This document shows, piece after piece, positions 23,314 through 25,187 of a DNA stretch of 25,187 nucleotides (its first letter is position 1; the number at the start of each line of letters is the position of its first letter). Origin of the DNA: an uncultured Gammaproteobacteria bacterium. GTDB lineage: Bacteria; Patescibacteriota; Patescibacteriia; Patescibacteriales; Patescibacteriaceae. Under the pieces are notes generated by a model, which saw nothing but the letters and a program-made list of their open reading frames with translations, was not told the DNA's origin and searched no databases. The translations under genes were made by a program, and so were the position numbers. The DNA lies in NCBI GenBank assembly GCA_964643015.1, contig CAZXQE010000001.1:1-25187 (forward strand). The letters run 5' to 3'.

Positions 23314-24402
23314 TTATAAAAACTTTTCTAAATTACGTTGCTTTAATTCTTCAATAATTTCTTTGGTATTGATAGAGTTTTTTAGTGAAGAAATAAAAAG
23401 GACATCACCAGTATCAACAATTGCTAAATCACTAACATCATTAACCACGATCAACTTATCGACTAAATTGCAGTAAACAATATTATTGGTTGAATCTTTA
23501 ATAATAACCTGGCCTTTGGTGACATTATCCTTGGGGTTGGCGGAGAGAATATTTTTTAAAACAGGCCACTTGCCAAGATCACTCCAGCCAACATGATTGG
23601 AAACACTCATGACTAATTTATCGACTTTATCAGTAATAGCGGACTCAATAGAGGTTTTTTCTAGCTGACTATAAAGTTGGCGAATTTCTTCTTTGTCGCC
23701 GTAGTTAATCATTAACTCCACTATTTTTTGGCAAGTTTGATACATGACTGGCTGCAGGCGAGCAAATAAATCAGCAATAGTTTTAAGGCGCCAAACATAC
23801 ATGCCAGTATGACAGTGATAAACGCCAGAATCAATTAATTGGCGGCAATAATCGTGATTTGGTTTTTCAACTACATCAGAGACAGTAAAGATTGTTTCTT
23901 CGCCAATTGTTTTTAGATTTTGTCCGGCCTTAAGATAGCTATAACCAGTATCAATGCAGCTGGGTTTAACGGCTGGGGTTAGGATGTAGTCGGGATTTTC
24001 TTTAAGAAATTGTTCACTAGATTGCAATAAACTAATGAAAGCTTGGTTATCGGAGATATAGTCATCAGAAGGTAGTGAGGCAATAATATCATCATCTTGA
24101 CAGTGATGTTCTAAAAAACAAACTTCTAAACACATTGCTGGTCCCGTGTTTCGAGCTTCGGTTTCAACAATAATGTTACCAAGATTAATTTCTGGTAGCT
24201 CCACCTTAGCTCGCTTAACCATGAGTTCATTAATAGAAATGAAAAGATCTTCGGGCTGATGCAATAAGTCGGTCACTCGTTCATAAGTGTTGCGTAACAT
24301 GGTTTTATCACCAAGTAAAGCTTGAAATTGTTTGGGGTTATTTTTGCGGCTAAAAGGCCACAGACGAGTTCCTAGACCACCGGCGCGAATAACTATTTTC
24401 AT
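23314..24402 (-). CDS. manC: Mannose-1-phosphate guanylyltransferase-type sugar-phosphate nucleotidyltransferase (no PMI domain)
   Basis: Motifs RAGGLGTRLWPFSR...PKQF, ETEARNTGPA, PSDDYI, VEKP and WSDLG. Confidence 0.85.
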   Translation of the reverse strand: MKIVIRAGGLGTRLWPFSRKNNPKQFQALLGDKTMLRNTYERVTDLLHQPEDLFISINELMVKRAKVELPEINLGNIIVETEARNTGPAMCLEVCFLEHHCQDDDIIASLPSDDYISDNQAFISLLQSSEQFLKENPDYILTPAVKPSCIDTGYSYLKAGQNLKTIGEETIFTVSDVVEKPNHDYCRQLIDSGVYHCHTGMYVWRLKTIADLFARLQPVMYQTCQKIVELMINYGDKEEIRQLYSQLEKTSIESAITDKVDKLVMSVSNHVGWSDLGKWPVLKNILSANPKDNVTKGQVIIKDSTNNIVYCNLVDKLIVVNDVSDLAIVDTGDVLFISSLKNSINTKEIIEELKQRNLEKFL

Positions 24403-24435
24403 AAAGCAGTAAGTAAAATGGCTTAATGTTTTTCT

Positions 24436-24468
24436 ATTATAGCCGATTTTTCTAGGTTTTGCTATAAT
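24436..24468. promoter_or_regulatory. Interlocked divergent promoters for manC (-) and the PAP2 gene (+)
   Basis: Inverted repeat ATTATAGC (24436-24443) ... GCTATAAT (24461-24468) gives a TATAAT on each strand, each 17 nt from a TAGC(C/A) hexamer. Confidence 0.6.
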
Positions 24469-24492
24469 AATAAAAAATTAAGATAAATTTTT

Positions 24493-24921
24493 ATGAAAAT
24501 ATTATTAGTGCCGTTATTGGCAGCCATGATTGCTCAGCTAAGTAAAGTTTTTATTCGTAGTAATAAGCAAAAATTGAGTTGGTCAACTCTATGGGTCTAT
24601 TCTGGCATGCCCTCAGGCCATTCAGCGATTACAGTAGCGCTAACAACAATTATTGGATTAGAAAAAGGCTGGGATTATCCAGGTTTTTCAATTGCTTTAG
24701 TTTTTACTTTGCTAATTTTGCGTGATGCTGTTGGGTTAAGACGACAACTTGGCCGTCACGGTCTAATGCTTAATGAGTTGGTGGCTGATTTGAAAGATGA
24801 TAATTATTTAGATAACCACTACCCACAATTATTGGAAAAAATTGGTCATACTCCAGCTCAAATTGCCATTGGTTCATTAATTGGCTGTTTGGTGGCTGTT
24901 GCGGTTCACTTTATTTTTTAA
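24493..24921 (+). CDS. Divergent PAP2 family membrane protein (DUF212, acid phosphatase/haloperoxidase-like)
   Basis: Motifs SGMPSGHSA, RDAVGLRR and GHTP; several hydrophobic segments. Confidence 0.9.
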   Translation: MKILLVPLLAAMIAQLSKVFIRSNKQKLSWSTLWVYSGMPSGHSAITVALTTIIGLEKGWDYPGFSIALVFTLLILRDAVGLRRQLGRHGLMLNELVADLKDDNYLDNHYPQLLEKIGHTPAQIAIGSLIGCLVAVAVHFIF

Positions 24922-24923
24922 AG

Positions 24924-25187
24924 CTATTTTTGACAGACAGGACAAAAATGAGTGCCTCGACCATTTAGTTTAGTTTTTTCTAATGGTTGTCCACAGCGGT
25001 AACAAGGCTTTCTAGCCCGACCATAAACTTGTAGTTTTTCGGAAAAATTACCTTTTTGGCCGCGGCTATCACGATAATCGCTAAATGAAGTGCCCCGTTT
25101 GCTGATAGCTAATTTTAGGATAGTGACAATATTTTTTTGTAAAGCCTGGAGTTCGACCGCACTCAAACTGCCAGCTAAGCGATCAGG
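24924..25187 (-). CDS. mutM: Formamidopyrimidine-DNA glycosylase; 3' fragment, 5' end outside the window
   Basis: The frame is open to the window edge. Motifs RGTSFSDY, LQVYGR and the zinc finger CYRC...GRGTHFCPVCQ. Confidence 0.93.
   Translation of the reverse strand, partial: PDRLAGSLSAVELQALQKNIVTILKLAISKRGTSFSDYRDSRGQKGNFSEKLQVYGRARKPCYRCGQPLEKTKLNGRGTHFCPVCQK

Noticed and set aside
1-25187. Genetic code 25 or 4 (TGA as Gly or Trp)
   Set aside because: No conserved gene is interrupted by TGA; all read through under code 11. The absence of TGA is reported separately as a finding.
1-25187. CRISPR array, IS element, rRNA or replication origin
   Set aside because: I saw no regularly spaced repeats, transposase motifs, rRNA-like stretch or DnaA-box cluster; the inverted repeats are single terminators or operators.

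Overview
AT-rich, densely coding core-genome segment. It most likely comes from a Patescibacteria (CPR, Parcubacteria-like) bacterium; this is an inference from the near-absence of Shine-Dalgarno motifs, the short HrcA, the N-terminally extended L7/L12 and several CPR-style hypothetical proteins. Gene order: 3' end of a ClpC-type ATPase; a secreted protein with a lysozyme-like domain and repeats; a LigB/MEMO1-family protein; a small hypothetical; def-fmt; tRNA-Glu(CTC); secE-nusG-rplK-rplA; smr; dCMP deaminase, P-loop kinase, tmk and gatB; a minus-strand hrcA-grpE-hsp20-dnaK-dnaJ-miaB-miaA operon under a CIRCE; a divergent pair made of a wHTH/degenerate nucleotidyltransferase protein and an 804-aa pseudo-PP2C/TM/beta-propeller protein; rplJ-rplL with an L10 leader; an orphan atypical receiver domain; mltG; manC; a DUF212 PAP2 protein; and the 3' end of mutM. 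I found no mobile element, CRISPR array or rRNA. The most interesting leads are the divergent wHTH-pseudoNTase / pseudophosphatase pair with a candidate operator, the putative muralytic surface protein, no TGA among 31 stop codons, a DnaD-like small protein, the pseudo-receiver, and several cis-regulatory RNA structures. All domain assignments were made by eye from motifs, without database searches.
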